This document shows, piece after piece, positions 18,306-27,555 of a stretch of DNA of 64,000 nucleotides. Position 1 is the stretch's first letter, and each line of letters starts with the position of its first letter. The notes beneath the pieces are model-generated. The model was not told where the DNA came from, did no database searches, and saw only the letters and a program-made list of their open reading frames with translations. Source of the DNA: a bacterium HR10 (GTDB taxonomy: Bacteria > Acidobacteriota > Blastocatellia > HR10); NCBI GenBank assembly GCA_002923315.1, contig BEHM01000001.1, positions 56,506 through 120,505 on the forward strand, in the 5' to 3' direction. A program made the translations under genes and the position numbers.

Positions 18306-19736
18306 TCAGGAGAAGAAAGGTCTCCACTTCTCCTCGGGCGGAGGGGGGGTGAGCAAGCTCCCCGCGATCAAACCCAGGAGCGAAGCCGCCAGGGCCGGGT
18401 AGATCGTCTCAATCCCCGTCGCTTCCGCGAGCGAAGCGAAGTGCCAGATGAGCGTCACGAGCATCCCCCCGAGGATGGACGCGAGGCCGCCGGTCGTCGT
18501 CGCGCGCTTCCACAGGAAGCCGGCCAGCAGCGCGGGAGTGATCCCCACACCATACATCGTGTAGGAGAACAGGGCGGCGCGCAGCACGGTCTCGAAGAAC
18601 TGAATGAGGACGTAGCCCGCGAGACCGAGGCCGATGACGGCCACGCGCGAATAGAGGACGATCTGTCGCTCGGTCGCCTGGGGATTGATGAAGCGCTGGT
18701 AGATGTCCCGAACGATATTCGTCGCTGGGACCAGAAGGAAACTGTCGCCCGTGGAGACGATGATGGCGACGGCGGCGGCCAGCAGGACACATCCGGCGAG
18801 CACGGGCAGCCCCTCGCGCGCGGCGTACAGGAGCACCTGCTCGCTCCGACCCGAGGCCAGCTCGGGGAAGAGGCTCGATCCGATGACGGCCAGGACGATG
18901 ATCATCGTCTCGATGCAGACGGTCCCGATGATCCATCCGATGACGGCCCGACGAGCCGCGCGCTCATCGCGGGCCGAGAAGAAGCGTTGATACATATTGG
19001 CCAGACCGAGCATCAGCAGGAGCGTGGGCAGGGCATAGGAGAGGGCTTCCGTCACCGTGAAACGCCCCATGAGGCTCAGACGTTCGGCCGCGACGGCTTC
19101 TCCGAAATGAGCGGTCAGGCGCTCTCGCACCCCATCCCATCCCCCAGCTCGCGCGATGAGGAAGGGATACGCGAAGAAGATGCCGCCGAGCATGAGAAGC
19201 CCGTTGAAGATGTCCGTGTACGCGATCGAGAGTAGTCCAGCCGTCGCCGTGAAGGCCGTCACGAAGAGGAACGTGATGAGGGTGCCTGTGCTCGGGTCGA
19301 GCCCGGCGACGATATTCAAGACCAATCCACCGGCGCGGAATTGATAGGAGGCGATCACTGTGTACGCGATGATCGTGACGAAGGTGCCCAGCAAGCGCGC
19401 CCAGTGGTTATAGCGCAGCTCCAGCACATCCGGGACCGTCAACTGTTCGAGCTTGCGCGCGCGGCCGGCGATGAAATAGATCAGGCCGAGCGCGACCCAG
19501 ACGCCGGCGTCGAACCAGAGCGCAGCGAAGCCTTCGCGATAGGCCAACCCCGCGCCCGCGATGATCGAGCCCGAGCCGATCCATGTCGCCAGGAGCGTGC
19601 CAACCAGTACGGGCGCGCTCAGCTTGCGCCCGGCGACCATGAAGTCCGTCTGGGTCTTGACGACGCGCGAGGCATAAAGGCTGACGCCCATCAGAAAGGC
19701 CAGATAAACGAGCACGACAAGCACATATGTGTTCAT
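18306..19736 (-). CDS. sodium:solute symporter family transporter
   Basis: I trimmed the start to ATG 19736 (MNTYVLVV...). It has about 13 TM segments and SSF-family motifs. The 525-nt upstream extension of the raw ORF has no protein-like features. Confidence 0.8.
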   Translation of the reverse strand: MNTYVLVVLVYLAFLMGVSLYASRVVKTQTDFMVAGRKLSAPVLVGTLLATWIGSGSIIAGAGLAYREGFAALWFDAGVWVALGLIYFIAGRARKLEQLTVPDVLELRYNHWARLLGTFVTIIAYTVIASYQFRAGGLVLNIVAGLDPSTGTLITFLFVTAFTATAGLLSIAYTDIFNGLLMLGGIFFAYPFLIARAGGWDGVRERLTAHFGEAVAAERLSLMGRFTVTEALSYALPTLLLMLGLANMYQRFFSARDERAARRAVIGWIIGTVCIETMIIVLAVIGSSLFPELASGRSEQVLLYAAREGLPVLAGCVLLAAAVAIIVSTGDSFLLVPATNIVRDIYQRFINPQATERQIVLYSRVAVIGLGLAGYVLIQFFETVLRAALFSYTMYGVGITPALLAGFLWKRATTTGGLASILGGMLVTLIWHFASLAEATGIETIYPALAASLLGLIAGSLLTPPPPEEKWRPFFS

Positions 19737-20041
19737 GGAGCGCTCAGCGTAGGACAGGGCGGGCGCCGTTGTCAACCGTCGCGCGCTCGATCTTCTTTCG
19801 TTCGGGATGAACGCGGACCATTCCGACGCCGACCGATCCTTCGGCGGTGCGTGGTGGCCGTCGAGCGCGCGTTCGTCGGACGGTCGAGGGACGGGGATTT
19901 TAACCCGCCATCGGGGCTTTCCCCCTCTCCGAGGAGCATCCCGTCGGTTCTCCCGACTCTCGTCCCGAGGCGGTGCTCTCTGAACCCTCGGGGGAGGAAG
20001 GGTATGGCTTGATCGCCCGGAGGTGCATTCGCTGCCGTTTT

Positions 20042-20057
20042 CGGCACAATGGTTGCT
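20042..20057 (+). promoter_or_regulatory. candidate sigma-54 (-24/-12) promoter CGGCAC-N5-TTGCT upstream of the pentahaem cytochrome
   Basis: It has GG at -24 and GC at -12 with the correct 5-nt spacing, and lies about 160 nt upstream of ATG 20215. rpoN and a sigma-54 activator are both encoded in the window. Confidence 0.3.
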
Positions 20058-20214
20058 ACGTCGCCCCTCGGTGGGTAGCAGATGCGCGAGAGCTGAGGGA
20101 GCGCGCCTTCGGCGCATCGCGAGTGTCGGAATCGAAGGGTCAGCGACCGCCGTCGGCGAGAGGGACGCTGCGTCGGACGCGGTGATCGAGAGCCCGCAGG
20201 GAGGAGGGACGCTC

Positions 20215-21033
20215 ATGAGGCGGCGAACATGCGCCTTTGTATTGGGTCTCAGTCTGGGCATTGGGGGAGCGCTGCTCGGAGCGCGCCTCGGAGGGGCATC
20301 CCCCCTTCAGGGAAGTGCGCAGGCGGAGAATTCGTGCGTGACGTGTCATCAGCGGATCACAACCCCGCTGGAGTTGAGTCAGCGGTATTACGATTGGCAC
20401 CTCTCGGTCCATAAGGAGAGAGGGGTTACCTGTGACGTCTGTCATGGGGGGGATCCTCGGGCGCGACAGGCGCAGGAGGCTCATCGCGAGATGCGCGCCT
20501 CCTCCGATCCACACAGTCGGGTGCATGGGAAGCATCAGCCGGAGACCTGCGGCGCGTGCCATCAAGAGGTGCGCACCGCTTATCTGGCGAGCGCGCACTT
20601 TGCGAAGCTCAGCGCGGCGGGTCTGGGACCGTTCTGCAGCACGTGCCATCTGCAGATGGCGAACGCGACGGTCCGGAGTGCCATTGACGTCAGCGCACTC
20701 TGCGGCCGCTGCCACAACGCCGAAGGAGGGATCATGCCGCCGAATCCGCAGCTCATCAAGAGCGCGCAGGAGACGCTCCTAAGCCTGAGTCGGGCCAACG
20801 GGGTGATCATCTGGGCGGATCGCCTCATCGAAGCGGCCGAGGGGAAGAACCTCACCATCGCCGAGGAGCGGCGGGAGTTAGAGGCGGCTCGAAAGCTCCT
20901 GCAAGAGGCGAAGTGGGAGTGGCACGCCTTCCGCCTGGAGCCCGTGCGGGCGAAGGCCGATCGCGCCTTCGAGCAGGGGGCGAAGGTGAAAGATCGGTTG
21001 CTGCAGAAGGTCTATCCGGGGTCGCGTCCATAG
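20215..21033 (+). CDS. periplasmic pentahaem c-type cytochrome
   Basis: The start is MRRRTCAFVLGLSLGIGGALLGA (signal peptide), preceded by GGAGGGA. There are five CxxCH motifs: CVTCH, CDVCH, CGACH, CSTCH, CGRCH. Confidence 0.7.
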   Translation: MRRRTCAFVLGLSLGIGGALLGARLGGASPLQGSAQAENSCVTCHQRITTPLELSQRYYDWHLSVHKERGVTCDVCHGGDPRARQAQEAHREMRASSDPHSRVHGKHQPETCGACHQEVRTAYLASAHFAKLSAAGLGPFCSTCHLQMANATVRSAIDVSALCGRCHNAEGGIMPPNPQLIKSAQETLLSLSRANGVIIWADRLIEAAEGKNLTIAEERRELEAARKLLQEAKWEWHAFRLEPVRAKADRAFEQGAKVKDRLLQKVYPGSRP

Positions 21034-21163
21034 GGCGAATCGTTCGGGTGCCTGCGAGAGGTGCTCGGGAGGGCAGGCGAGGATTCTCGCGATCAATTGA
21101 GGAGGGGCCTCGATGAAGATCATGCGCGTGCTCGAAAGTGGCCGATCTTCTCGCCGATCCCCC

Positions 21164-21745
21164 TCAGGATGAGGACCGTCGCAAGGGCCTCGATTCGGGA
21201 GCGAGTCGCGCGAGAGCCTCCTCGACGAGGCGCCGACAGGAGGGGCAGAAGGCGTTCGATTTGATGTCCACGTGCTCGATGGAGTTTGAGAAGTGCATGA
21301 CGCAATCGAAGGTCGAGCAGTGGATGAGACCGAACGTGTGTCCCAACTCATGGAGCGCTTCCTTCTCGCAGCGCTCCAGGAAGAGTCGGCGATCCTCCGG
21401 CAGGCCGTAAAAGCGCTGGTCGAGCCGATGGACTGAGAGCACGGCCGCCGCTCCCCCAAGCTGCGCCTCCCCAAAGACGAACGTGAGGATGGGGATGAAG
21501 AGGTCCACGTCCGTCACGCCGAGCACCTTCACGGCGGGATTTCGGTGCCCTCGAACCAGTTGCGCGAGCAGCGTCGTGGAATGGTACTGCTGGCGGAGCG
21601 GGTGATAGGCGGCGTCCAACTCGATCGGATGGTCACGAATGCGACAGGAGACGGGGAGCGTCTCCGGCAAGACGAGCGCGAGGAACTCGAGGACGTCCGT
21701 GTCCACGTTCCCGATCGGGACCAGCTCGATGAGCGCCCGCGACAC
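21164..21745 (-). CDS. amzA: archaemetzincin-family zinc metalloprotease
   Basis: The sequence HELGHTFGLIHCSTFDCVMH...(16)...CPSC fits the archaemetzincin signature HExxHxxGx3Cx4CxMx17CxxC. Its start lies 12 bp downstream of the sigma-54 activator gene. Confidence 0.65.
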   Translation of the reverse strand: MSRALIELVPIGNVDTDVLEFLALVLPETLPVSCRIRDHPIELDAAYHPLRQQYHSTTLLAQLVRGHRNPAVKVLGVTDVDLFIPILTFVFGEAQLGGAAAVLSVHRLDQRFYGLPEDRRLFLERCEKEALHELGHTFGLIHCSTFDCVMHFSNSIEHVDIKSNAFCPSCRRLVEEALARLAPESRPLRRSSS

Positions 21746-21757
21746 GATCGCTCCTCG

Positions 21758-23119
21758 TCATACCGGCGAATCGGGTTTGAGCTGATACTTGCGAATCTTA
21801 TTGTAGAGCGTCACGCGATCAATGCCGAGCAACCGCGCGGCCTGCGAGATGTTCCACCTCGTCTCCTGCAGGATCCGCTGGATGTGCTGCCGCTCGACCT
21901 CGGCGAGCGTCTTTCCCACCGGCTGTCCGCGCGCTTCGTTCACCTGCAAGGGCAGGTCTTCGGGGCGGATCTCCCGTCCGCGGCAGACGAGCACCGCGCG
22001 CTCGATGGCATTTTGCAGCTCGCGCACGTTTCCCGGCCAGTCGTAGCGCTCCAACAGCGCCAGGGCTTCGGGCGAGATGCCGAGGATCGGCTTGTTCATG
22101 CTCTGCGCGAACTTCTTGAGGAAATGCTCGGCCAGAAGCGGGATGTCCTCCCGCCGCTCGCGCAGCGGCGGGATGGTGATGGAGAAGACGTTGAGGCGAT
22201 AATACAGGTCCTCGCGGAATCTCCCCTCGGCGACCAGGGCTTCCAGGTCTTTGTTCGTCGCCGCGATCAGACGGAAGTCCACGGGGATCGGCGTATTGCC
22301 GCCGACGCGAAAGATCTTCTTCTCCTCGAGCACGCGCAGCAGATCCACCTGCGTCTTGAGGCTGATGTCGCCGATCTCGTCCAGAAAGAGCGTCCCTCCA
22401 TCGGCCAGCTCGAATTTCCCCTTGCGCCGATAATGGGCGCCGGTGAAGGCGCCCTTCTCATGGCCGAACAGCTCGCTCTCGATCACCCCTTCGGCCAGAG
22501 CGCCGCAGTTGACGATGACGATCGGCATGTAGCGGCGGGGACTGTTGGCGTGAATGGCGCGGGCGACCAACTCCTTGCCCGTCCCGCTCTCCCCGCGGAT
22601 GAGGACCGTCGTATCGGACATGGCGACGAGGCGAATCTGTTCGAGCACTCGCTGAATGGCTGCACTCTGTCCGACGATCTCATGGAACAGCGCCATCTCC
22701 TGAATCCGCTCGCGCAGCCGGACGTTCTCGGCCACCAAGCGCTTCCGCTCGACGGCGTTTCGGATGATGTGCTCCAGCTGATCGGGATCGAAGGGCTTCA
22801 CGATGTAATCGTAAGCACCCTGCTTCATCGCCTCCACGGCCGTTTCGACCGAAGCGTAAGCCGTCATGATGATGATGGAGGCCTCCGGGGCGATCTCCCG
22901 AATGCGCCGCTGCAGTTGCAGTCCGTCCATTCCGGGCATCTTGATATCAATGAGGAAGATGTCGTAGCTCGACTCGGCCAGCTTCTGCAAGGTCTCCTTC
23001 CCCGATCCGGCGACGTCCACCGTGTATCCCTCCTCGCGGAGCCAGTTCCCCAGGGATTCCCGCACGATGGCCTCGTCGTCCACGATCAAAATGCGGATCG
23101 CGCTTTTGGATACCGTCAT
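21758..23119 (-). CDS. sigma-54-dependent response regulator (NtrC/ZraR family: REC-AAA+-HTH)
   Basis: It has a receiver (ILIVDDE...), an AAA+ Walker A (GESGTGKE), the sigma-54 contact motif GAFTGA, and a C-terminal Fis-type HTH. A 4-bp overlap with the upstream kinase gene indicates coupling. Confidence 0.9.
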   Translation of the reverse strand: MTVSKSAIRILIVDDEAIVRESLGNWLREEGYTVDVAGSGKETLQKLAESSYDIFLIDIKMPGMDGLQLQRRIREIAPEASIIIMTAYASVETAVEAMKQGAYDYIVKPFDPDQLEHIIRNAVERKRLVAENVRLRERIQEMALFHEIVGQSAAIQRVLEQIRLVAMSDTTVLIRGESGTGKELVARAIHANSPRRYMPIVIVNCGALAEGVIESELFGHEKGAFTGAHYRRKGKFELADGGTLFLDEIGDISLKTQVDLLRVLEEKKIFRVGGNTPIPVDFRLIAATNKDLEALVAEGRFREDLYYRLNVFSITIPPLRERREDIPLLAEHFLKKFAQSMNKPILGISPEALALLERYDWPGNVRELQNAIERAVLVCRGREIRPEDLPLQVNEARGQPVGKTLAEVERQHIQRILQETRWNISQAARLLGIDRVTLYNKIRKYQLKPDSPV

Positions 23120-24798
23120 AGCCTGCTCTCCATGTGGTGAGGCGCGTCTCCGGAGAAGACCTCGAAGGCGCGATCAGTCTGATCCTCCGCTCCCGTCGGC
23201 GGGGTGAGTGGGAGCCGGAGGGTGAACGTCGTCCCGTGCCCGAGCGCGGACTGCACGTGGATATCCCCCCCGTGCCGGTGAAGGATGCTGAGCACGACGG
23301 AGAGCCCGAGGCCGAGGCTCCCCTCCTTCTCCTTCGTCGTGAAGAAGGGTTCGAAGATGCGCCGTTGCGTCTCTTCATCCATCCCGACGCCGTTGTCGCG
23401 GATCGCGATCTCAACCCGCTGCGCCTCAGGGAGGAAACGCGAGGTGACGGTGAGCATGCCTTCTTCTGGCCGCACCGCTTCGCAGGCATTGATCAGGAGC
23501 GCGACCAGCGCTTGCCGCATCTGCTGTCCGTCGCAGACGACGGGCGGCACGTCCGGATCGAGTTGAACCTCCGTCTGCAGGCTCATCAGCTCGATCTTAT
23601 GCTGAATCAGGCGGAGCGATTGACGGATGAGTTCGTTGACATCATGCGGCTGGAAGTGCGCGCGCGAGGGGCGGACGAATTGCAAGAGGTTCTTCACGAT
23701 CTCCCCGCAGCGGGCCGATTCGCTGGCGATCATCTCCAGATACTGGCGCGCATTGGCGAGGTCCTCGGGCGAGAACCCGTGATCCCCCATCTTCTTGAGC
23801 AGGAGCTTGGCGGTCGTGAGGATGCCGGAGAGGGGGTTGTTGATCTCGTGAGCGACGATGGCGGCGAGTTTCCCGATGGAGGCCATGCGCTCGGCGTGCA
23901 TCATCTGCTCGTGCGTGCGTCGCAGCTCGGCCGTCTTCTCCGCCACGCGCTCCTCCAGGGTGCGCGCCCAGCTCGTCAGCTCCTCATGAGCGCGCTTCAA
24001 CTCCTCGGTCATGGCGTTGAATGACGCCGCCAACTCGCCCAGTTCGTCCCGCGCGGTGAGCGGGATCTTATGGTCGAGGTCGCCAGAGGCGACGCGCTCG
24101 GTCCCCCGCTTCAGGTGCCGGATCGGGACATGGATCATCACGGCGGTGACGGCCACGACAACGAGCGCGACAAAGAGGATGCTCCCCAGGAAGAGGAAGA
24201 AGAGCTGGCGCTGCCCTTCCGCGATGGCCGCGTCCACCGGGGCGAGCGAGAGCGTCACGTCCAACACGCCGAGCACCGATTGCGCCGGCGAGTGCGCGTG
24301 GCAGGAGGCCGTGTAACATCCCGGTTCGTTCTCAATGGGATTGATGAGTCCCAAGATGCGCTCTCCGCGCTCTCCGAGGTACACGCGGACGCGATCCGGA
24401 CGATCCAGGCGAACAAGCGGCTGCTCCTGCGCATGGCAGCCGTAGCAGGCCTCGGCGCGCTTGTCCACGAACGTATTCACCTCGCGCGCATCAGTGGAGA
24501 AGCTGATCCGACCCTCTTTGTCGAAGATGCGGATCTTGTGAATCCCGGGCTGCGCGCCGATGGTGAGGAGCGTGTGATAGATCTCATCCCGATGGTTCTG
24601 CAGCATGCTGTAGCGGAGCCCCCGCTTGATGACGTCGCTCGTGCGATCCGCGCTGGCGATGGTCATCTGCTCCAGGTCGCGCTTGTGCAGCCGGAGGGTT
24701 TGGTAGCCGAGCAGCGAGAAGACAAACGCCATGCTCGCGATGAGCCAAAGGGTCAGCTTCACGCTCACGCTCGATGTCCAGCGTCGCCACCCCCTCAT
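23116..24798 (-). CDS. sensor histidine kinase with haem-c-motif periplasmic domain (NtrB/ZraS-like HisKA)
   Basis: I chose the start at MRGWRRW (24798). The roughly 170-aa periplasmic segment between its two TM helices contains CYGCH (CxxCH) and CYTASCH (Cx4CH). It also has HAMP, an H-box (AHEINNPL) and HATPase_c. Confidence 0.8.
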   Translation of the reverse strand: MRGWRRWTSSVSVKLTLWLIASMAFVFSLLGYQTLRLHKRDLEQMTIASADRTSDVIKRGLRYSMLQNHRDEIYHTLLTIGAQPGIHKIRIFDKEGRISFSTDAREVNTFVDKRAEACYGCHAQEQPLVRLDRPDRVRVYLGERGERILGLINPIENEPGCYTASCHAHSPAQSVLGVLDVTLSLAPVDAAIAEGQRQLFFLFLGSILFVALVVVAVTAVMIHVPIRHLKRGTERVASGDLDHKIPLTARDELGELAASFNAMTEELKRAHEELTSWARTLEERVAEKTAELRRTHEQMMHAERMASIGKLAAIVAHEINNPLSGILTTAKLLLKKMGDHGFSPEDLANARQYLEMIASESARCGEIVKNLLQFVRPSRAHFQPHDVNELIRQSLRLIQHKIELMSLQTEVQLDPDVPPVVCDGQQMRQALVALLINACEAVRPEEGMLTVTSRFLPEAQRVEIAIRDNGVGMDEETQRRIFEPFFTTKEKEGSLGLGLSVVLSILHRHGGDIHVQSALGHGTTFTLRLPLTPPTGAEDQTDRAFEVFSGDAPHHMESRL

Positions 24799-24814
24799 GT
24801 CCCCATCCCTGTAT

Positions 24815-26392
24815 TCACGGCCGATGACACACCGCGCATTCCTCCTGCGCGCTGAAGGAGGTCTTCCCGTCATGACATCGTCCGCAATGTCGCGCGTCGT
24901 GCCAGTCGCGCGCGGGACGCGACGAGGCCTCCCCCTCGACCTTCAGGATGTGGAACGGCTCACGATGACACACGGTGCAGTCCGGTCGCTCCCAGTTGAT
25001 GTGCGAAGCATGTCGGAACGTGACCGGCCCCGGGCTCCCCTCCCCCTGCGGGAACGTGACGTCCGGTGGGATGTTCAATCGTTCCAGCCCTTCGGCGATG
25101 TTCGGCTCTTCTTCGAGGCGAGACGGAGAGGCGAGAGCCCGCTCGCGATAGGACAGGCCGCTGTAGGCCACGCCGAGGGCGCCGAAGAAGACGATTCCGC
25201 CGAGGATCAGGATCAGAGGTGTCGTCCCGATCCACGGTCTTCGGAGAACGGCGACGGCCGGTGGGACTGCGACCTCCCGCTCCATCTCCGGAAAGACGGG
25301 CAGATATTTCACCGCCAACCCGAACAGGGCGAATCCCAGTGCTACGATCATGAAGGTCACCGAGAGCTCGGTCCAGCTTGGGAAGTACGAGACGCCGGAG
25401 GAGGCCTCCATCCCCGTGATGCTCACGTTCAACCGGTTCATGATGAAGCCCAGGACGACCAGGAGGGCGGAGACGAACAGGCCGAAATGGTCCGTCCGAA
25501 CGCGGCGCACGCTCAGCAGCAGCATGGGACCGATCACGCCGAGCATCATCTCGGCCAGGAACATCCGCGCCTCGTAGGTCGGCTCCAAGACGTGAGCGAG
25601 TGCACCGCGCCCGACCAGATCCTGAACCTTCAGCACCAGATACACGGCCAGCGCGACGACGATCACTTTGCCCAGATCGGTGAGCAGATCAATCTCCAGT
25701 CGTTTCCGGAATGCCCGGTAGCTCAGGAACGACTCGAAGATGGTCATCGCGCACCCGAGCGCGATGGCCGAGATGAAGAAGAAGACGGGCAGAAGCGGCG
25801 AGTACCAGAGCGGATGCAGCTTCTCCGGCACGATCAGATAGAGCGAACCGAGCGAGGATTGATGAAGCGTCGAGAGGATGACGCCGAGAATGACCAATGG
25901 TACCGTCAGCGCGTGCAGGATCCGAAGTGGCCTTTGAAGTCTCAAGCGCTCGAACACCATGGGGCTGAATTCCAGTGCGAGCACTGTCGTGTAGAGCATG
26001 ACGCACCAGGCCACCTCGAACATCACCGAGTGGGGATTCCACATGACCAGCGGATGCCAGATGCGATACGGGCGTCCCAGATCAAAGAGCAGGGCCACAA
26101 TGACCAGCAGGTACCCGAGGAAGGCCGTGAGGATCGTCGGGCGAATGATCGGGCGAAATCGCTCGATGTTGAAGATGTAGACGACGGCGCTGATGGTGAA
26201 TCCTCCGGCGGCCAGCGCGACCCCGCAGAGGACGTCGAAGCCCACCCACAGGCCCCATGGGAAGGCATCGCTCAGGGCCGTGCTCGCTCCCAATCCTCCG
26301 GTGAACCGGACGACCGTGCTGTAGAGGCCGGCACCCAAGATGACCAGAAACACCAGCTGCCAGAAACCAGGCCGTCGCAGGCGCCACCTCAT
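24815..26392 (-). CDS. NrfD/PsrC-family polytopic membrane subunit fused to a C-terminal cytochrome c7-like trihaem domain
   Basis: I chose the start at MRWRLRRPGFW (26392), preceded by AGGGAGG. It has about 10 TM helices of the NrfD type. The C-terminus (VTFRHASHINWERPDCTVCH...CGRCH...CAVCH) resembles PpcA-type trihaem cytochromes. Confidence 0.7.
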   Translation of the reverse strand: MRWRLRRPGFWQLVFLVILGAGLYSTVVRFTGGLGASTALSDAFPWGLWVGFDVLCGVALAAGGFTISAVVYIFNIERFRPIIRPTILTAFLGYLLVIVALLFDLGRPYRIWHPLVMWNPHSVMFEVAWCVMLYTTVLALEFSPMVFERLRLQRPLRILHALTVPLVILGVILSTLHQSSLGSLYLIVPEKLHPLWYSPLLPVFFFISAIALGCAMTIFESFLSYRAFRKRLEIDLLTDLGKVIVVALAVYLVLKVQDLVGRGALAHVLEPTYEARMFLAEMMLGVIGPMLLLSVRRVRTDHFGLFVSALLVVLGFIMNRLNVSITGMEASSGVSYFPSWTELSVTFMIVALGFALFGLAVKYLPVFPEMEREVAVPPAVAVLRRPWIGTTPLILILGGIVFFGALGVAYSGLSYRERALASPSRLEEEPNIAEGLERLNIPPDVTFPQGEGSPGPVTFRHASHINWERPDCTVCHREPFHILKVEGEASSRPARDWHDARHCGRCHDGKTSFSAQEECAVCHRP

Positions 26393-26471
26393 ACCTCCCT
26401 CCTTCGCCAGACCGCATCCGTCGCGCGAGTGGCACGCGCGAGGAAGCCGGATCTCCCTTTGCGTCGAGCCG

Positions 26472-27305
26472 TCATGACGAATTCGTTGAGTCGGATGCCG
26501 AGGATGATCCCGATGGCTCCGGGAGATCACGCGGCGGTTCTCCGGAGTCGCGTCCTCGCTCCTGGCGCTCTCGGCGTTGCACCTCTTGGCGCCGATTCGT
26601 GATCCACCAGATGCCTCCGAGCAGAACGCCCCCGACGATGACGAAGTTGGGGATCTTCTGCAAGACCTGCCACGTCAGCAGGGGGAGCGGCTCCCGGAGC
26701 AGATCCGTTCGGTAGCCCAGGCGCTCGAACGGGACATCCGAGAGCAGCAGGACCGAGGTTCCACCGACTTCCTCCAGGCCGTAAATCCTCGGCACGTACT
26801 TCTGCGGGTGAGCGCGAAGTCGCGCGCGGGCCTCCTCGATCAGCTCCTGACGATCCCCGAACTTCGTCGCTCCCGTGGGACAGACTTCGGCGCATGCCGT
26901 CGGTCGCCCTGCCACGAGGCGATCGGCACACAGATCGCACTTTCGGATGCGCGGCAGGATCTTCCGCCACTCATACTTCGGGATCCCGAAGGGGCATGCC
27001 AGCATGCAATAGCGGCATCCGATGCACCGCTCTTCGTGATAGATGACCGGGCCGGCCGCCGTCTTCTCCAACGCGCCGACCGGACAGACGGACGCGCACG
27101 TCGGGACCTCGCAGTGCATGCAGAGCTGGCGGACGAATCGTCCCCCGCGCTTCTTCACGACCGTATAGGTTTGGTCCGACAGCCGATCCTCCAAAAAGTG
27201 CGTCGCTGTCGGGGGGAGCCGGTTCCGCTCCTTGCACGCTTGGTAGCAGGCGCCGCATCCGATGCACAAGGTCGCATCAAAGAGGAGGCCCTTTTTGCTG
27301 CCCAT
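26472..27305 (-). CDS. 4x[4Fe-4S] ferredoxin-type subunit (NrfC/HybA/PsrB-like) with a C-terminal TM anchor and no signal peptide
   Basis: There are four Cys clusters (CIGCGACYQAC, CMHCEVPTCASVCP, CIGCRYCMLACP, CDLCADRL...CAEVCP) and a C-terminal helix (IVGGVLLGGIWWI). The start is the second ATG (27305), 6 nt after GGAGG. Confidence 0.8.
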   Translation of the reverse strand: MGSKKGLLFDATLCIGCGACYQACKERNRLPPTATHFLEDRLSDQTYTVVKKRGGRFVRQLCMHCEVPTCASVCPVGALEKTAAGPVIYHEERCIGCRYCMLACPFGIPKYEWRKILPRIRKCDLCADRLVAGRPTACAEVCPTGATKFGDRQELIEEARARLRAHPQKYVPRIYGLEEVGGTSVLLLSDVPFERLGYRTDLLREPLPLLTWQVLQKIPNFVIVGGVLLGGIWWITNRRQEVQRRERQERGRDSGEPPRDLPEPSGSSSASDSTNSS

Positions 27306-27555
27306 ACGCATCCTCCACTAGGAGGCGATGCAATTTCCATTCCACGCCTGGATCGTGAGGTCGCTTTCAGCAGCCGGCCACTGAGAGCCGTCCGGTCAAG
27401 CGGTTACAGCAGGGTGGCTCCCTCCTCTCATCCCCCGCGACTGCGCGCGAGGGAGAGGGGTGGGGCAAATCACTCGCTTCCTGAGGCGCGATTCGCGCCT
27501 CCGGCGAGGCTTCGACCTCAAGTGAGGGTCGGCAAAACGCCTTCCTTCGCTCGCT

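Noticed and set aside
19737-20261. The 175-codon N-terminal extension of the symporter ORF. Similar extensions occur on the ORFs at 2417-5446, 199-2589 and 41882-44371.
   Set aside because: In each case there is an internal ATG with an RBS or a signal peptide/TM segment, and that is where the homology starts. The extensions are low-complexity and overlap upstream genes or promoters.
26434-26439. TGGCAC hexamer in the 4Fe-4S/NrfD intergenic region.
   Set aside because: It is on the wrong strand for the downstream genes, and there is no TTGC -12 element at the correct spacing.
27329-27346. Sigma-54-like TGGAAT-GGAAA-TTGCA on the minus strand upstream of the 4Fe-4S gene.
   Set aside because: The predicted TSS would fall within the RBS and start codon. 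The -24 element is also poor (AAT instead of CAC).
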